The notes beneath the pieces are model-generated. The model worked only from the letters and a program-made list of their open reading frames with translations. It was not told the DNA's origin and ran no database searches. Positions 1 through 10,393 of a DNA stretch of 64,000 nucleotides are shown here, piece by piece. The stretch spans positions 15,514-79,513 of the forward strand of contig DHKM01000027.1 in the NCBI GenBank assembly GCA_002404835.1, in the 5' to 3' direction. Position 1 is the first letter of the stretch; the number at the start of each line of letters is the position of its first letter. The DNA is from Bacillales bacterium UBA4694. GTDB lineage: Bacteria; Bacillota_I; Bacilli_A; RFN20; CAG-288. The translations under genes were made by a program, and so were the position numbers.

Positions 1-620
1 CATATTCTTCACTATTATCTTTATCATTTACGGGATCATCACTTATAGATCTTATTATTAAAAAAGGAATTTTTTGTCTATAACACACCTGTGCGACAGC
101 AGCAGATTCCATATCACAAGCTAATGGGTTTTCAAATTGTGTGTACCATTCTTTCTTTATGTTTTCTTTAGAAATAAAGCTGTCTCCAGATATAATTAAT
201 CCACAGTTTCCTGATTGGCCTAATAAACTTACAGCTTTGTTTTTTAATTGTTCATCTGCCAAAAAATATAATGGACAATCACTCATTTCCCCTACAGGAT
301 GACCAAATTTTGTTAAATCAACATCCCAATAAGCAACTTTATCAGAAACAAAGGTTTGCATTTTACGTAACTGTGAAGATATCGATCCTGCAACTCCAAT
401 ATTGATGACATAGTCAACGTCATGGTTAGCAAAAAACAAGCCCATGGTAAAAGCCATACTGACTTTTCCTATTCCAGACATAAGGCCATATAAAATTACA
501 TTTTTATCTTGATAAACTTTAACTTCAAGTTGATTGCTTTCTTCTACTGTGAAATTTAAAGTATTAAAAAGAGCATCCAATTCTTCTTTTTGGGCCGCTA
601 AAATCAGGTATTTTTTCATT
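1..620 (-). CDS. mtnN: 5'-methylthioadenosine/S-adenosylhomocysteine nucleosidase; C-terminus lies outside the window
   Basis: Hand translation from the ATG at 620 (cat 618-620) is open to the window edge. It reads MKKYLILAAQKEELDALF...LMSGIGKVSMAFTMG...ACDMESAAVAQVCYRQKIPFLIIRSISD. GIGKV, DMES.AVAQV and IRSISD are MTAN/PNP-family hallmarks. The ORF track omits it because it runs off the edge. Confidence 0.85.
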
Positions 621-621
621 T

Positions 622-1071
622 TTAAAACTCTTTTACCGGCTTTTTGCGTTTCCGATAGACTGGCTCTTCTAATGCTTTTACCAGTTTATGTGGGGTATTT
701 TGATAGAGTTCATCAAAAGCAACTCTTTTTCTTTCGTCTTTGGTAAAAAGTTGTATTACAACATCCCCACCGTCTACCAATATCCATTTTGACTCATTTT
801 TTCCTTCGACATGTTTTAATTCTTTGTAATTGGAATAAAGGGCTTCTTTTGAGGTTTCAAGTAAAGCTTTCAAACGATGATCATTACTAGCACTTGCCAC
901 GATATAATAGCTGACAAAAGGGGTGTTGTTTCTGACATCGTAAACAACCACATCATCTCCATAATTCCAACTCAGTTCTTCAGCTATATGGATAGGTCTT
1001 AATGCAGAAATCCTTCCTTTGTTCATTAGCTTGAAATCTTCTTTCTTCTTAATATTTTTAGTTTTAATCAT
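622..1071 (-). CDS. rsfS: ribosomal silencing factor RsfS (iojap family)
   Basis: DDVVVYDVRNNTPFVSYYIVASASNDHRLKAL...WILVDGGDVVIQLFTKDERKRVAFDELY matches the RsfS core. ATG at 1071 follows AAGGA by 9 nt and sits just after the yqeK stop. The ORF extends to 1116, and an internal MNKGR start is also possible. Confidence 0.85.
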   Translation of the reverse strand: MIKTKNIKKKEDFKLMNKGRISALRPIHIAEELSWNYGDDVVVYDVRNNTPFVSYYIVASASNDHRLKALLETSKEALYSNYKELKHVEGKNESKWILVDGGDVVIQLFTKDERKRVAFDELYQNTPHKLVKALEEPVYRKRKKPVKEF

Positions 1072-1072
1072 T

Positions 1073-2038
1073 TTATTTTTCCTTTTCATTAACAATGTAT
1101 TCGTTATACATTTCATTAGTAAACCGATTTCCCGTATAGGAAATGTTGTGTTTCTTAAAATAATTGATTTGGTCTAATAGAACAGAAACAAACCCATTAT
1201 TAAAGGAACTATAGGCTGTTTTTCTCAGCTGTTCCGTTGGAAAATCTCTTAAGGGTTCAACTTTATCAGCTGTATATAAGATCATATCTAACGGAGTCAT
1301 ATTCTGTTTACCTGTACAATGGCAAGCAATAGCCCCTAAAATTTCTTTATTCGTTAAATCAAATTGATTTTTTGCTAATTGGCAGGATGCAAATTGGTGA
1401 TAAGCAAAAGGTTCAACTTCTTTTATATTTTCATCAAACCGAAACCCAATTTCGAATTGTAGCTTACTTTCTAAATCTTTAGAAATATCATGGAACAGGC
1501 CGGCAATAAAGCAATCGTTTTTAATATTATCTAAAGAATTGTTTTCTGCTATTAAATATGCAGTCTTTGCTACAGAAATCGAATGATAATAGCGTTTATC
1601 ATTCAAATATGAATGAATTCTATCACAAAAATAAAGTGACTTTTCGCCTAAAAAAGAAATTAAAGAAAATGGCAATACTTTTTTATACAGTAATTCTAAG
1701 GGATCATGTTCTATAAAAATATTGAATTTGTCAATTTGATTATATAACAACCCTAAAAATTTTAATGAATTGTTAGACAAGTAACCAGATTCGTATTTTT
1801 TTAAATCAATACTAAAACTACTTTCCGGATTTAAAAATTGAATTTGATTTATATTCAAACCGGAAAATCCTATGATTTTTATCAGAAGGTCTTTTTTTAG
1901 TTTTGAATCCAAAATTAAAAAAATATCATAAAAATTTTTAAGGTAATTAACATCATCTTTCAGAATGTTTTGAAGATCATAGAGAAAGAAAGGAGACGTA
2001 GTTATAATCAATTTTCTTTTTGAACTTAATTCACCCAT
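1073..2038 (-). CDS. yqeK: HD-domain phosphohydrolase YqeK with an N-terminal degenerate NadD-like domain
   Basis: The C-terminal ~185 aa carry YqeK motifs: HSISVAKTA, AGLFHDISKD, ACHCTG, ADKVEP. The N-terminal ~135 aa resemble NadD in layout but lack the HxGH motif. Position between yqeH and rsfS matches Bacillus. Confidence 0.8.
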   Translation of the reverse strand: MGELSSKRKLIITTSPFFLYDLQNILKDDVNYLKNFYDIFLILDSKLKKDLLIKIIGFSGLNINQIQFLNPESSFSIDLKKYESGYLSNNSLKFLGLLYNQIDKFNIFIEHDPLELLYKKVLPFSLISFLGEKSLYFCDRIHSYLNDKRYYHSISVAKTAYLIAENNSLDNIKNDCFIAGLFHDISKDLESKLQFEIGFRFDENIKEVEPFAYHQFASCQLAKNQFDLTNKEILGAIACHCTGKQNMTPLDMILYTADKVEPLRDFPTEQLRKTAYSSFNNGFVSVLLDQINYFKKHNISYTGNRFTNEMYNEYIVNEKEK

Positions 2039-3195
2039 TACTTTGTGATATCACTTTCAATTGTCACTTTAACACCCTGGGGAACATAGATATCAAATTC
2101 TTGATCCTTGCCATTGAATTCTATAAACATAAGTCCAAAAACTCGGATTGTGTTAAGATGTCCAGGAATTGCTACAACTGTATTTTTTACCAAATCTTGA
2201 TGTCCTTTGACTTTCTCGGTTTGAATTTCTGTCTTTCCTATTTGGCTATAGCCATCAACCAAAGAATCTGCTTTATTTATTTTACAACGTGAAATCGTCA
2301 TATCATTGGATTTGAAGAATGTTAGGTTTGTCTTGTCCCCTTTTGTCATGTCGATTCTCATCAGATTATACAAAACAAAGGATTGTCCTTCTTTTGTCAT
2401 ATATGTTTCAGGTCTTACTTGGTTTCTAGGTAATACATATTTAATCAATGTGGGTTCTAAGAAAGAAACCATGGAGCTTGAATTATAGATTCCTGGAGTG
2501 TCATAAAGATAAGTTTCTGAATCCAGAGGAATATTAATTACATCCAAAGTAGTTCCAGGATAGGGGCTTGTAGTAATCATCTTTTCTGTTTTATTATTGA
2601 AATCCATTAGTAAAGCATTTATTAATGAGGACTTCCCTACTTGATAAGCTCCGAAGAAATAAACACTTTTTCCACATCTAAGATTTGAAATCTTGGAAAG
2701 TAAAACGTCAATATTTTCATTCTTTGAAACACTAGCAGAAGTTAGAATTATATCTTTTGGTTTGATATTCTCCTCCTCCATTTTTTTCTGGACTTTGGCT
2801 TTGATGAATTCGTCACTATAGTTTTCCGGAAGACAATCTCTTTTGTTAACAACTACCAGCACATTTTCAGGAAGATATCTCCCGATTCCATCTAAAAAGG
2901 AACCATTCAAACAAAATGCATTTAAAACATAAACAGCTAAAGCGTGTTCTTCTTTTGCATGTGAAAGAATAGTAATGTAATCAAGATTGAAATTTTTTGA
3001 TTTACTATAAGATGAGTAATGCCTCAATTTGTAGCAACGTTCGCATAATGTTTCTTCTCCGGACTCGAATTTTTCCGGTGGCACATACCCGATTTCATTT
3101 GGATCTTTATCTTGAAGAATGGCACCACACCCATAACATCTTTTGACTCTGATTTCAGCGGTTAATCCACTATTTTCTTTTTTCTTAAAAAACAT
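2038..3195 (-). CDS. yqeH: ribosome-biogenesis GTPase YqeH (circularly permuted, N-terminal zinc ribbon)
   Basis: CYGCGAILQ...CERC zinc ribbon, then permuted G motifs: VVNKRD, then GAYQVGKSSLINAL, then DTPG. ATG at 3195 is preceded by GGAGG (3201-3205). The ORF's upstream extension to 3222 overlaps yqeG. Confidence 0.9.
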   Translation of the reverse strand: MFFKKKENSGLTAEIRVKRCYGCGAILQDKDPNEIGYVPPEKFESGEETLCERCYKLRHYSSYSKSKNFNLDYITILSHAKEEHALAVYVLNAFCLNGSFLDGIGRYLPENVLVVVNKRDCLPENYSDEFIKAKVQKKMEEENIKPKDIILTSASVSKNENIDVLLSKISNLRCGKSVYFFGAYQVGKSSLINALLMDFNNKTEKMITTSPYPGTTLDVINIPLDSETYLYDTPGIYNSSSMVSFLEPTLIKYVLPRNQVRPETYMTKEGQSFVLYNLMRIDMTKGDKTNLTFFKSNDMTISRCKINKADSLVDGYSQIGKTEIQTEKVKGHQDLVKNTVVAIPGHLNTIRVFGLMFIEFNGKDQEFDIYVPQGVKVTIESDITK

Positions 3196-3712
3196 ATTTA
3201 CCTCCTTTATCGGGGAGAGCATCTCCCAGTTGGTTTTTTTCTTTTAATTTAAGTATCAATTTTTCGTCTCTTTTACGATGAAGACGTGTAAAGAAATTAT
3301 CTTTGTTGTCCAACGGCGTGGTTAAAATCAGGCGAGCCTTAAGCATTTTACACAATTTTCCATCAGTCCTCATTTGATCTCCAACGAATATGCAATCGGA
3401 AGGCTTTAATCCAATCTTTTTCAAATAGTGTTTGACTTTAAAAGGCATGAATTTCATTGAAAACGGAAGATACTTAACCTCTAGATTCTCACAAAACGGC
3501 TTTACTCGTTTTGCAAAATTGTTAGAAAGAACGATAAGTTGAATCCCATATGAATTTAACTCTTGTTTCAATTTGAAGGTCCTATCTTCAGGATGAAGAC
3601 AAAAAGCGGAACATAATGTCTGGTCAAGATCACAGACAAGGGCTTTGATGGATTTGTTTTTCAAATATTCGAGATCCAAATCGTAAATACTCTTGATAGT
3701 TCCTATAACCAT
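3185..3712 (-). CDS. yqeG: HAD-IIIA phosphatase YqeG family
   Basis: DLDQTL (HAD motif I) and FVGDQMRTD (motif IV). It is the first gene of the yqeG-yqeH block. Confidence 0.8.
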   Translation of the reverse strand: MVIGTIKSIYDLDLEYLKNKSIKALVCDLDQTLCSAFCLHPEDRTFKLKQELNSYGIQLIVLSNNFAKRVKPFCENLEVKYLPFSMKFMPFKVKHYLKKIGLKPSDCIFVGDQMRTDGKLCKMLKARLILTTPLDNKDNFFTRLHRKRDEKLILKLKEKNQLGDALPDKGGKYVF

Positions 3713-3745
3713 AAATTATTTCCGCTTATATTATAACCTAAATAA

Positions 3746-6376
3746 TTATTTATTATTGCCCTTTTCGAACAAGTCAAACAAAGAAAGTTGAGCATCCGCT
3801 TTATCTTCTTTGGCTTTTGTAGGTAAGATTTTAGCAGGTTTAGGGGTCTCAATAGGGAAAGTGTCGTCCAAGATAAAGCCAAAGTCATTAACTCCAACAA
3901 TCATCTGAGTACCAATGTCCGGAATGTTTTCTCTCATTTCTGAATTCAAATCGACAGGTTTAAGGTTTGCAAGATCGATGATTACATTTCCGCTTGAAGT
4001 CACACAAGTGAAATAGTTGTTCTGACCTTTAAATTTATCAACTTTTGTAACAGAAATAATTTCTATCGGTTTTTTCTTCAAAATCTTGATTAGATTATCT
4101 TTGGCACCAAGTCGTTCGGTTGTCTCAATAGTATTGGAACTGATCAATCGACAACAACGCCTGCTAGATAAAACCATTAGCAAACACACTTCCTTGGTGG
4201 ATAAAGAAAGAACAGAAATAAGAGGAGTGTTATCAATACCACTAGCAATTGCTTTAACGCCCATTGCTGAAGTAGAAACAAGAGGAACATCGCCCTCATT
4301 GAATCGAGAAATTCTACCTAGTTTATCGCAAACCAATAAATCGCTATTACCACTAGTCAAGCAAACATCAACAACCTTATCGTCTTTGTTCAACAGTTTA
4401 CAAGCACGAAGTGGCTTCTTTGTTAAAGTGATTTGAGAAAATTCAATTAAAGGTGTTCGTTTAATTTTATTTTCAGATGTTAAAATACAAACGTTTATTC
4501 CCTCTTTGAAATCATTGACTAAAAAAGCCTTGACAACTTTCTCGTTAGCTTTTAAAGTGACCAAATTATTCAAATGTTTTCCTTCTTCTCTCCATTTAAT
4601 GTCAGTGAGCATGTATACGGGAAGATATCCATAAGTCCCTTTGTCAGTAAAGAAAAGAATGCTATCATGTGTTGTACACCGATGCAAAAAGACCAATGAA
4701 TCTCCCGGCTTCATCTTGGGTAAATTGATCGGATCATCTTTGTTTGCGTTTGCAGATCCATCATAGGATTTGATTGATGAACGTTTAGCATAACCATCCT
4801 TTGTTATAGCAACATAAACATCTTCTTTGGCAATAAGTTTAGTTGCATCAACATTTTCAAATGATTGTTTCGCATCTAGAATTGTTGTTTTTCTGGATAC
4901 GGAGAACTTTTTCTCCACTTCTTTCAAAACAGATACTATCTCTTTGTCTAGCAGGCTAGGATTGCTAAGGATCGATTCAATATGCTTCATATCGATACTA
5001 AGGTCTTCCTGTTCCTTTCTTAAAGCAAGAATATCAGTGTTGGATAATCGATATAAAGGGAGCATAGCGATAGCTTCAGCCTGTCTTTCCGTAAAACCAT
5101 AATCCGTCTTGAGCATGGTCTTAACACCTTCTTTACCATTGCATTTACGGATTTTTTCGATAAGTTCGGATAGGATAGAATAGGCTTTGATTAAACCTTC
5201 GACAATTTCCATTCGGTCCTTATCTTTTTTCAAATCATAGTTTAAAGATTTTGTCTCAATATCCCGTTGGTGCTCGATATAAGCATCCAAAAGTTCGATA
5301 AGGGACATCGTCTTTGGATGTCCTTTATCTATCGCAAGGAAATTACAGGAAATTGTATTCCTTAAAGCCCCTTTACTCTGAAGGTAATTCAATACATCAT
5401 AAGGAGATGCATTTTCTCTGATTTTGATGACGATGAGAATATCGTCTTTAGCAGATTCATCGATGATTTCTTCGATATTATCTAAATTGTCTGTCTCTTT
5501 CCTTTTGTTTAGAGCAGCAACAAAGTCAATCTTCACGACACCATAAGGAATCTCATGGATGATGATCTCATTGTTTGCTTCATCAACAGAAGTTCTGCAA
5601 TATAGATAAAAATTCTGCGTCCCGGTTTCATAAAGTCTTCTTAACGCTTCTTTATCATCCAGAATACCGCCCGTTGGAAAATCTGGTCCAGGAATAAATT
5701 TCATCAAATCATCTAATGTGCTATTTTTGTGATTAATACGGTAGATTGTGGCGTCGATGACTTCGGCAAGATTATGCGGTGGAATATAAGTCGCTGAACC
5801 AACAGCAATACCGGAGGTACCGTTAACTAATAGATTAGGAAATTTACTAGGCAGAACCGTCGGCTCGAGCGATTTATCATCGAATGTCGGAACCATATCC
5901 ACTGTTTCTTTATCAATATCTTTCACCAAATATTCACTCAAAAGGGAAAGACGTGCTTCTGTATAACGGTTTGCTGCAGCAGGATCATCATCAATAGATC
6001 CATTGTTTCCTTGGAAATCAATCAATGGAGCTTCCATTTTCCAACCTTGAGACAAATGAACAAGGGCATCGTAAATAGAAGAATCTCCATGTGGATGGTA
6101 ATGACCCATAACATGTCCGACAATGGTAGCACATTTGACCGTTGGCTTCGAAAAGAGTTGGCCTTGATCGAACATATCGAAGATTATTCGTCTTTGAACA
6201 GGTTTAAGTCCGTCTCTAGCATCAGGGATGGCTCGGTCCGTAATAACAGCTTTTGCATATCTATTAAAAGCGTTAATAAGAACATCACTCATCTCTGAAG
6301 GAACAATATCTTCTTGATAAGTGACTTTGTTCTGATTTTTACTTTTGGCCACGTTCCACCTCCTCTGCAAATTCAT
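3746..6376 (-). CDS. parC: DNA topoisomerase IV subunit A
   Basis: [17 protein letters not shown] and an active-site Tyr region (ANRYTEARL). No GyrA box (QRRGGKG) follows ITKDGYAKR. It follows parE and lies next to plsY, as in Bacillus. An alternative GTG start at 6352 has GGAGG 6 nt upstream. Confidence 0.85.
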   Translation of the reverse strand: MNLQRRWNVAKSKNQNKVTYQEDIVPSEMSDVLINAFNRYAKAVITDRAIPDARDGLKPVQRRIIFDMFDQGQLFSKPTVKCATIVGHVMGHYHPHGDSSIYDALVHLSQGWKMEAPLIDFQGNNGSIDDDPAAANRYTEARLSLLSEYLVKDIDKETVDMVPTFDDKSLEPTVLPSKFPNLLVNGTSGIAVGSATYIPPHNLAEVIDATIYRINHKNSTLDDLMKFIPGPDFPTGGILDDKEALRRLYETGTQNFYLYCRTSVDEANNEIIIHEIPYGVVKIDFVAALNKRKETDNLDNIEEIIDESAKDDILIVIKIRENASPYDVLNYLQSKGALRNTISCNFLAIDKGHPKTMSLIELLDAYIEHQRDIETKSLNYDLKKDKDRMEIVEGLIKAYSILSELIEKIRKCNGKEGVKTMLKTDYGFTERQAEAIAMLPLYRLSNTDILALRKEQEDLSIDMKHIESILSNPSLLDKEIVSVLKEVEKKFSVSRKTTILDAKQSFENVDATKLIAKEDVYVAITKDGYAKRSSIKSYDGSANANKDDPINLPKMKPGDSLVFLHRCTTHDSILFFTDKGTYGYLPVYMLTDIKWREEGKHLNNLVTLKANEKVVKAFLVNDFKEGINVCILTSENKIKRTPLIEFSQITLTKKPLRACKLLNKDDKVVDVCLTSGNSDLLVCDKLGRISRFNEGDVPLVSTSAMGVKAIASGIDNTPLISVLSLSTKEVCLLMVLSSRRCCRLISSNTIETTERLGAKDNLIKILKKKPIEIISVTKVDKFKGQNNYFTCVTSSGNVIIDLANLKPVDLNSEMRENIPDIGTQMIVGVNDFGFILDDTFPIETPKPAKILPTKAKEDKADAQLSLFDLFEKGNNK

Positions 6377-8279
6377 CTTTCGTTGTAAAATCTATATTAT
6401 TGTTGATCCAATCTTTTCTTCTATCCGTATCTCTTCCCATGAAAAGGTTGAGTTTATCGTGGGCATCATCGATATCTGCCATCATAACTTTTAAAAGCTT
6501 TCTATGTTCAGGTTGCATTGTCGTCGAAGAAAGTTGCTCGTAATTCATTTCTCCAAGTCCTTTGTAACGATTGACTCGATAACCGCCTTGGCCAAAACTT
6601 GCCTGAGCTTTTTTCAGTTCCACATCATCATAGCAATAGATTTCTTTTTTTGCAGAGTAGACTCGATAAAGTGGAGGACAAGCAATATATACATGGCCGG
6701 TTTCAATAAGCGGACGCATATGTTTGAAGAAAAAAGTCAAAAGAAGAGATTGAATATGGCTACCATCATCATCGGCATCAGTCATGATGATTACTTTGCC
6801 ATAATGAATATCTTTTACTTTGAAATCTTCATCATATCCTGCGCCTATGGTATAAATCAGAGTTGCTATTTCTTTATTTCCCAATAATGTTTTTTCATCA
6901 TCAATATCATTAGTGTTTTTAGGTTTGCCTCTTAAAGGAAGTATCGCCTGGTGTTTTGGATTTCTTCCTTTTTTTGCAGAGCCACCAGCTGAATCACCCT
7001 CAACGATAAAAAGTTCGTTTGCCATATATTCTTTGCTGGAGCATGGCGTTAGTTTATCAGAAAGGTTGAATCCTGATATCTTACTTTTTAAAAGCTCGCG
7101 TTCCTTTTTACGGTCTTCCTCGGCCTTGCTCCTGGCCTTCATTTCGATAATCGTTTTATTTATGACTGCTTCGGCTTCTTGGGTATGTTCTTCAAGATAG
7201 TAACCTAATTTTGCCTCAATTACACTATCTGTAGCATTCAATGCTTCTTTTGTACCAAGTTTGCCCTTAGTTTGTCCTTCAAACTGAAGAAGATGCTCTG
7301 GAACCCATACGGAAAGGACGGCAACAAGCCCTTCCCTGAGACAGTCACCATCCAAAGGAGAATTAGCCCTGACAAGATTATGTTGAATAGCATAAGAATT
7401 GAAACAGGATGTCAAGGCTTTTTTAAGGCCTGTAACATGATAACCACCATCACCAGTTCTTACACCATTTGCAAAACCGATGATCTTTTCACTATATTCG
7501 TCCTTTACAAATCCAAAAACGGTATCAACTTTTATTCCTTCGGAGCTTGTTGCTTCAATATGAATTGGATTGGCAAGACTAGTCTTTCCGGCAGTATGTC
7601 TAGTGTAATATTCTAGTAGACCATTTTCGTAATAAAAATCCTGCTTTCGGTTTGTCCTTTCATCCAAAAGATGGAATGTGACGCCTTTAGTCAAACAAGC
7701 CTGATCATCCAAATGTCCGGCAATACGATCAAAATTCCAGGTGATATCATCAAATATGGTTTTATCAGGATAGAAGCGGACCGAGGTTCCATGTTTTGTT
7801 GTCGGACCAAGATCCTGTAGCTTGCTTGCTTTGCTTCCACCTTTTTCAAATCGCATGAAATGGTCTACACCTTCCTTGAATGAATGTACTTCCATCCATT
7901 CAGACAAGGCATTAGTTACCGCTGCGCCAACTCCATGAAGACCACCGGCTGATTTATAATTGGTTTCATCGAATTTTCCACCACCATGAAGAGTCTGATA
8001 GACAATCTGAAAACCGGTCATGTTTTCCTTTTTGTTATAGTCAAAAGGAACACCACGGCCCTGATCCTCTACTTCCAGAGAGCCATCGCCATGTATGGTA
8101 ACGAAAATATTTTTTCCATATCCCTCATTTGCTTCATCGACAGCATTGTCAACGATTTCCCAAACAAGATGATGGAGTCCAACTGTATCGGTAGAACCGA
8201 TATACATACCAGGTCTTTCTCTGACCGGTTCCAGCCCATGGAGAACGGTCAGGTTATTTGCACTATATTTCTCTGACAT
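6339..8279 (-). CDS. parE: DNA topoisomerase IV subunit B
   Basis: LEPVRERPGMYIGST, GHKL ATPase motifs (DNAVDE, GGLHGVG), Toprim EGDSAGG and the DADDDGSHI motif. Confidence 0.9.
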   Translation of the reverse strand: MSEKYSANNLTVLHGLEPVRERPGMYIGSTDTVGLHHLVWEIVDNAVDEANEGYGKNIFVTIHGDGSLEVEDQGRGVPFDYNKKENMTGFQIVYQTLHGGGKFDETNYKSAGGLHGVGAAVTNALSEWMEVHSFKEGVDHFMRFEKGGSKASKLQDLGPTTKHGTSVRFYPDKTIFDDITWNFDRIAGHLDDQACLTKGVTFHLLDERTNRKQDFYYENGLLEYYTRHTAGKTSLANPIHIEATSSEGIKVDTVFGFVKDEYSEKIIGFANGVRTGDGGYHVTGLKKALTSCFNSYAIQHNLVRANSPLDGDCLREGLVAVLSVWVPEHLLQFEGQTKGKLGTKEALNATDSVIEAKLGYYLEEHTQEAEAVINKTIIEMKARSKAEEDRKKERELLKSKISGFNLSDKLTPCSSKEYMANELFIVEGDSAGGSAKKGRNPKHQAILPLRGKPKNTNDIDDEKTLLGNKEIATLIYTIGAGYDEDFKVKDIHYGKVIIMTDADDDGSHIQSLLLTFFFKHMRPLIETGHVYIACPPLYRVYSAKKEIYCYDDVELKKAQASFGQGGYRVNRYKGLGEMNYEQLSSTTMQPEHRKLLKVMMADIDDAHDKLNLFMGRDTDRRKDWINNNIDFTTKDEFAEEVERGQK

Positions 8280-8315
8280 TGATTCACCTCACCATATAAT
8301 TTTACTTTCTAATGG

Positions 8316-8344
8316 TTGGAAAATAAAGGAAAAACTCGTATAAT
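8316..8344 (+). promoter_or_regulatory. sigma-70 type promoter for plsY
   Basis: TTGGAA (8316-8321), a 17-nt spacer, then TATAAT (8339-8344). It lies 37 nt upstream of the GTG start, with AGAGGG as RBS. Confidence 0.6.
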
Positions 8345-8380
8345 ACCTTTGTTTTTTGAAATTTAAAAGAGGGTTTAAAA

Positions 8381-9112
8381 GTGCAAATATTCTATTTGGT
8401 TTCTTTGGTTTTAGTGGTCATGATTATCGGTTATCTTGTCGGTGGTATACCTACGGCTCTTATCATTTCTGAAAAAATGGGAATCGATATCCGAAAATAT
8501 GGTTCTCATAATCTTGGTGGTACCAATGTCGGAAGGGTAATCGGAAAAAAACAAGGAATCCTTGTCATGGGTCTCGATATCTTGAAATGCTATCTTCCTT
8601 GTCTAATTACCGCTCTATTCTTCACTTTTGTACCGATGGATTTCTTGCCTAATATCGATTGCCTTGTCGAACTGATGGTCTCTGTGATGGGAATCAGCTG
8701 CTGCCTTGGCCATACGTTTACTCCTTACGCTAACTTCAAAGGAGGCAAAGCCGTTGCCTGCTTTGCCGGTTATATTCTATTCACAGCTCCGATCATTGCA
8801 TTAGTTGGAGTCGTCATTTTCTTCCTCTGCTTAAAGTTTGCAAAAAGAGTTTCGGTTGGTTCAATCCTGGGCGTACCCTGCTGTTTCTTAGCATCACTTG
8901 TAACTATGTCCCTTGATTTGACCGTCCTGAATGATAAAACTGTTTATGACGGCGGAGCTTATTTTGGAACAGGGTTCATGATTCATATCACTTATGTTAC
9001 GACCATCACCTGCTTTATTCTCTCCGTTCTTATTGTTTTAAGACATCTCAGCAACATAAAGCGTTTGGCAAAAGGCGATGAACCTGAAACTCACTTCAAA
9101 AAGAACGACTAA
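8381..9112 (+). CDS. plsY: glycerol-3-phosphate acyltransferase PlsY
   Basis: GSHNLGGTNVGRVIGKKQG motif and a polytopic membrane profile. GTG start. Divergent from parE, as in Bacillus. Confidence 0.85.
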   Translation: MQIFYLVSLVLVVMIIGYLVGGIPTALIISEKMGIDIRKYGSHNLGGTNVGRVIGKKQGILVMGLDILKCYLPCLITALFFTFVPMDFLPNIDCLVELMVSVMGISCCLGHTFTPYANFKGGKAVACFAGYILFTAPIIALVGVVIFFLCLKFAKRVSVGSILGVPCCFLASLVTMSLDLTVLNDKTVYDGGAYFGTGFMIHITYVTTITCFILSVLIVLRHLSNIKRLAKGDEPETHFKKND

Positions 9113-9166
9113 TTACAAAAGACTCATCATTTATCAGTTTTCCTATTAGAATTAACAAACAAAAAA

Positions 9167-9226
9167 GTTCTGCTTTGGATTTCAACGTATATGATATTTT
9201 CATACGTTTCCTTGGCAGAATTTTTT
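9167..9226 (+). terminator. intrinsic terminator after plsY
   Basis: Long imperfect hairpin with outer arms ttctgc/gcagaa and inner arms aacgtat/atacgtt, followed by TTTTTT (9221-9226). Confidence 0.55.
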
Positions 9227-9330
9227 GAAATGGTAAAACAAGGTTATAATCCTAAAATATAGAGAGATAGAACGCTTTAAAAAATAATATCCGTAAAATA
9301 ACTTTTTAACGCAAATCATTTTCATCAGAT

Positions 9331-9365
9331 AAAAAAATCACTCCTTGAAATTATTCAAAGAGTGA
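9331..9365 (-). terminator. intrinsic terminator after yneF
   Basis: On the minus strand, TCACTCTTTGAA-TAAT-TTCAAGGAGTGA forms a 12-bp stem with one mismatch, followed by TTTTTTT. Confidence 0.65.
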
Positions 9366-9478
9366 TCTCAGCAATTTAATCAATTCGATTTACGCGTCAA
9401 GGATAAGCAGAACTTATGAACTAAGACGCATACATAATAGTTTTTAACAAAAGATAAACGAAAAGAAAGTATTATTTT

Positions 9479-9727
9479 TTATTTCTTCTTTGTATTTGAA
9501 TTGGCTGCTTCATTGAATGCTCGCATAGATTGATTGATCTGAGCTTCGGAAGGGGTGCGACCCATGGATTTGTATAAGGCTTTGATTTGAGCCTTATTGA
9601 TCAGCGGATGTTCCTTCAGTTCCTTCTTCACCACAGCGCGTGCAATAAAGAAACCGGCTATTGCGCCACCTATCAAACAAATTATAAGAAGGAATACAAA
9701 AAGAATGGTATTGATTTGAAAAGACAT
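9479..9727 (-). CDS. yneF: UPF0154 small membrane protein (YneF family)
   Basis: One N-terminal TM helix (ILFVFLLIICLIGGAIAGFFIAR), then HPLINKAQIKALYKSMGRTPSEAQINQSMRAF, typical of YneF. AAAGGAG RBS. Confidence 0.75.
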   Translation of the reverse strand: MSFQINTILFVFLLIICLIGGAIAGFFIARAVVKKELKEHPLINKAQIKALYKSMGRTPSEAQINQSMRAFNEAANSNTKKK

Positions 9728-9746
9728 CTGTTTTCTCCTTTTTATG

Positions 9747-9774
9747 CAAAAAAAGACCGGTAAAGCCGGTCTTA
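9747..9774 (-). terminator. intrinsic terminator after efp
   Basis: Minus strand AAGACCGG-CTTTA-CCGGTCTT followed by TTTTTTT. Confidence 0.75.
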
Positions 9775-9778
9775 AAGA

Positions 9779-10360
9779 TTAGTTTGCTCTAGAATCATAA
9801 TCGCCCGTATCTGTACGGACATTGATCATCGTATGATTTTTGATGAACATCGGAACCTTGAGCTTATAACCAGTGGAAAGAACGGCATCCTTAGTGGCTT
9901 TGTTGATGGTATCACCAGCTGTGGCATTATCATCAGTTTCGACAACTTCCAAAGCTACTTTTGGAGGCAACTGAATACCAATGATTTCTGTACCGAAATA
10001 AGTGATGATAACTTCAGAATTCTCTCCGAGGAACTGGAGTTCCCATTTGATTCTGGTTTTCGGAAGCTCAACAAATTCATAGGTTTCGACATCCATGAAG
10101 TGAGCAAATCCATCCGGTTCAGCATCAACATAAGACAACTGCATATTCTTCTTGTCGAGGAATGCAGCTTCGACCTTATCGCCACCGAAGAGCATCATTT
10201 CAGTGATAGCACCAGAACGAAGATCCTTAGCTTTGATCTTATGCTTCATCTTGGCCATAGCGGTCTTGTTATGCTCAATATCGACAACAGAAAGAAGGGC
10301 TCCCTTGTAAAGGAAGACTTTACCCGGTGTTAATTCACCGGCATCGATCATATCAGCCAT
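9779..10360 (-). CDS. efp: translation elongation factor P (atypical beta3-beta4 loop)
   Basis: Full-length colinearity with EF-P: VVDIEH..., FMDVETYEFVELP, VVETDDNATAGDT, LKVPMFI, DTGDYDSRA. AAGGAG RBS. Confidence 0.85.
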   Translation of the reverse strand: MADMIDAGELTPGKVFLYKGALLSVVDIEHNKTAMAKMKHKIKAKDLRSGAITEMMLFGGDKVEAAFLDKKNMQLSYVDAEPDGFAHFMDVETYEFVELPKTRIKWELQFLGENSEVIITYFGTEIIGIQLPPKVALEVVETDDNATAGDTINKATKDAVLSTGYKLKVPMFIKNHTMINVRTDTGDYDSRAN

Positions 10361-10393
10361 GTTCGGTTCTCCTTGATTTTACAAAAAGAAGAT

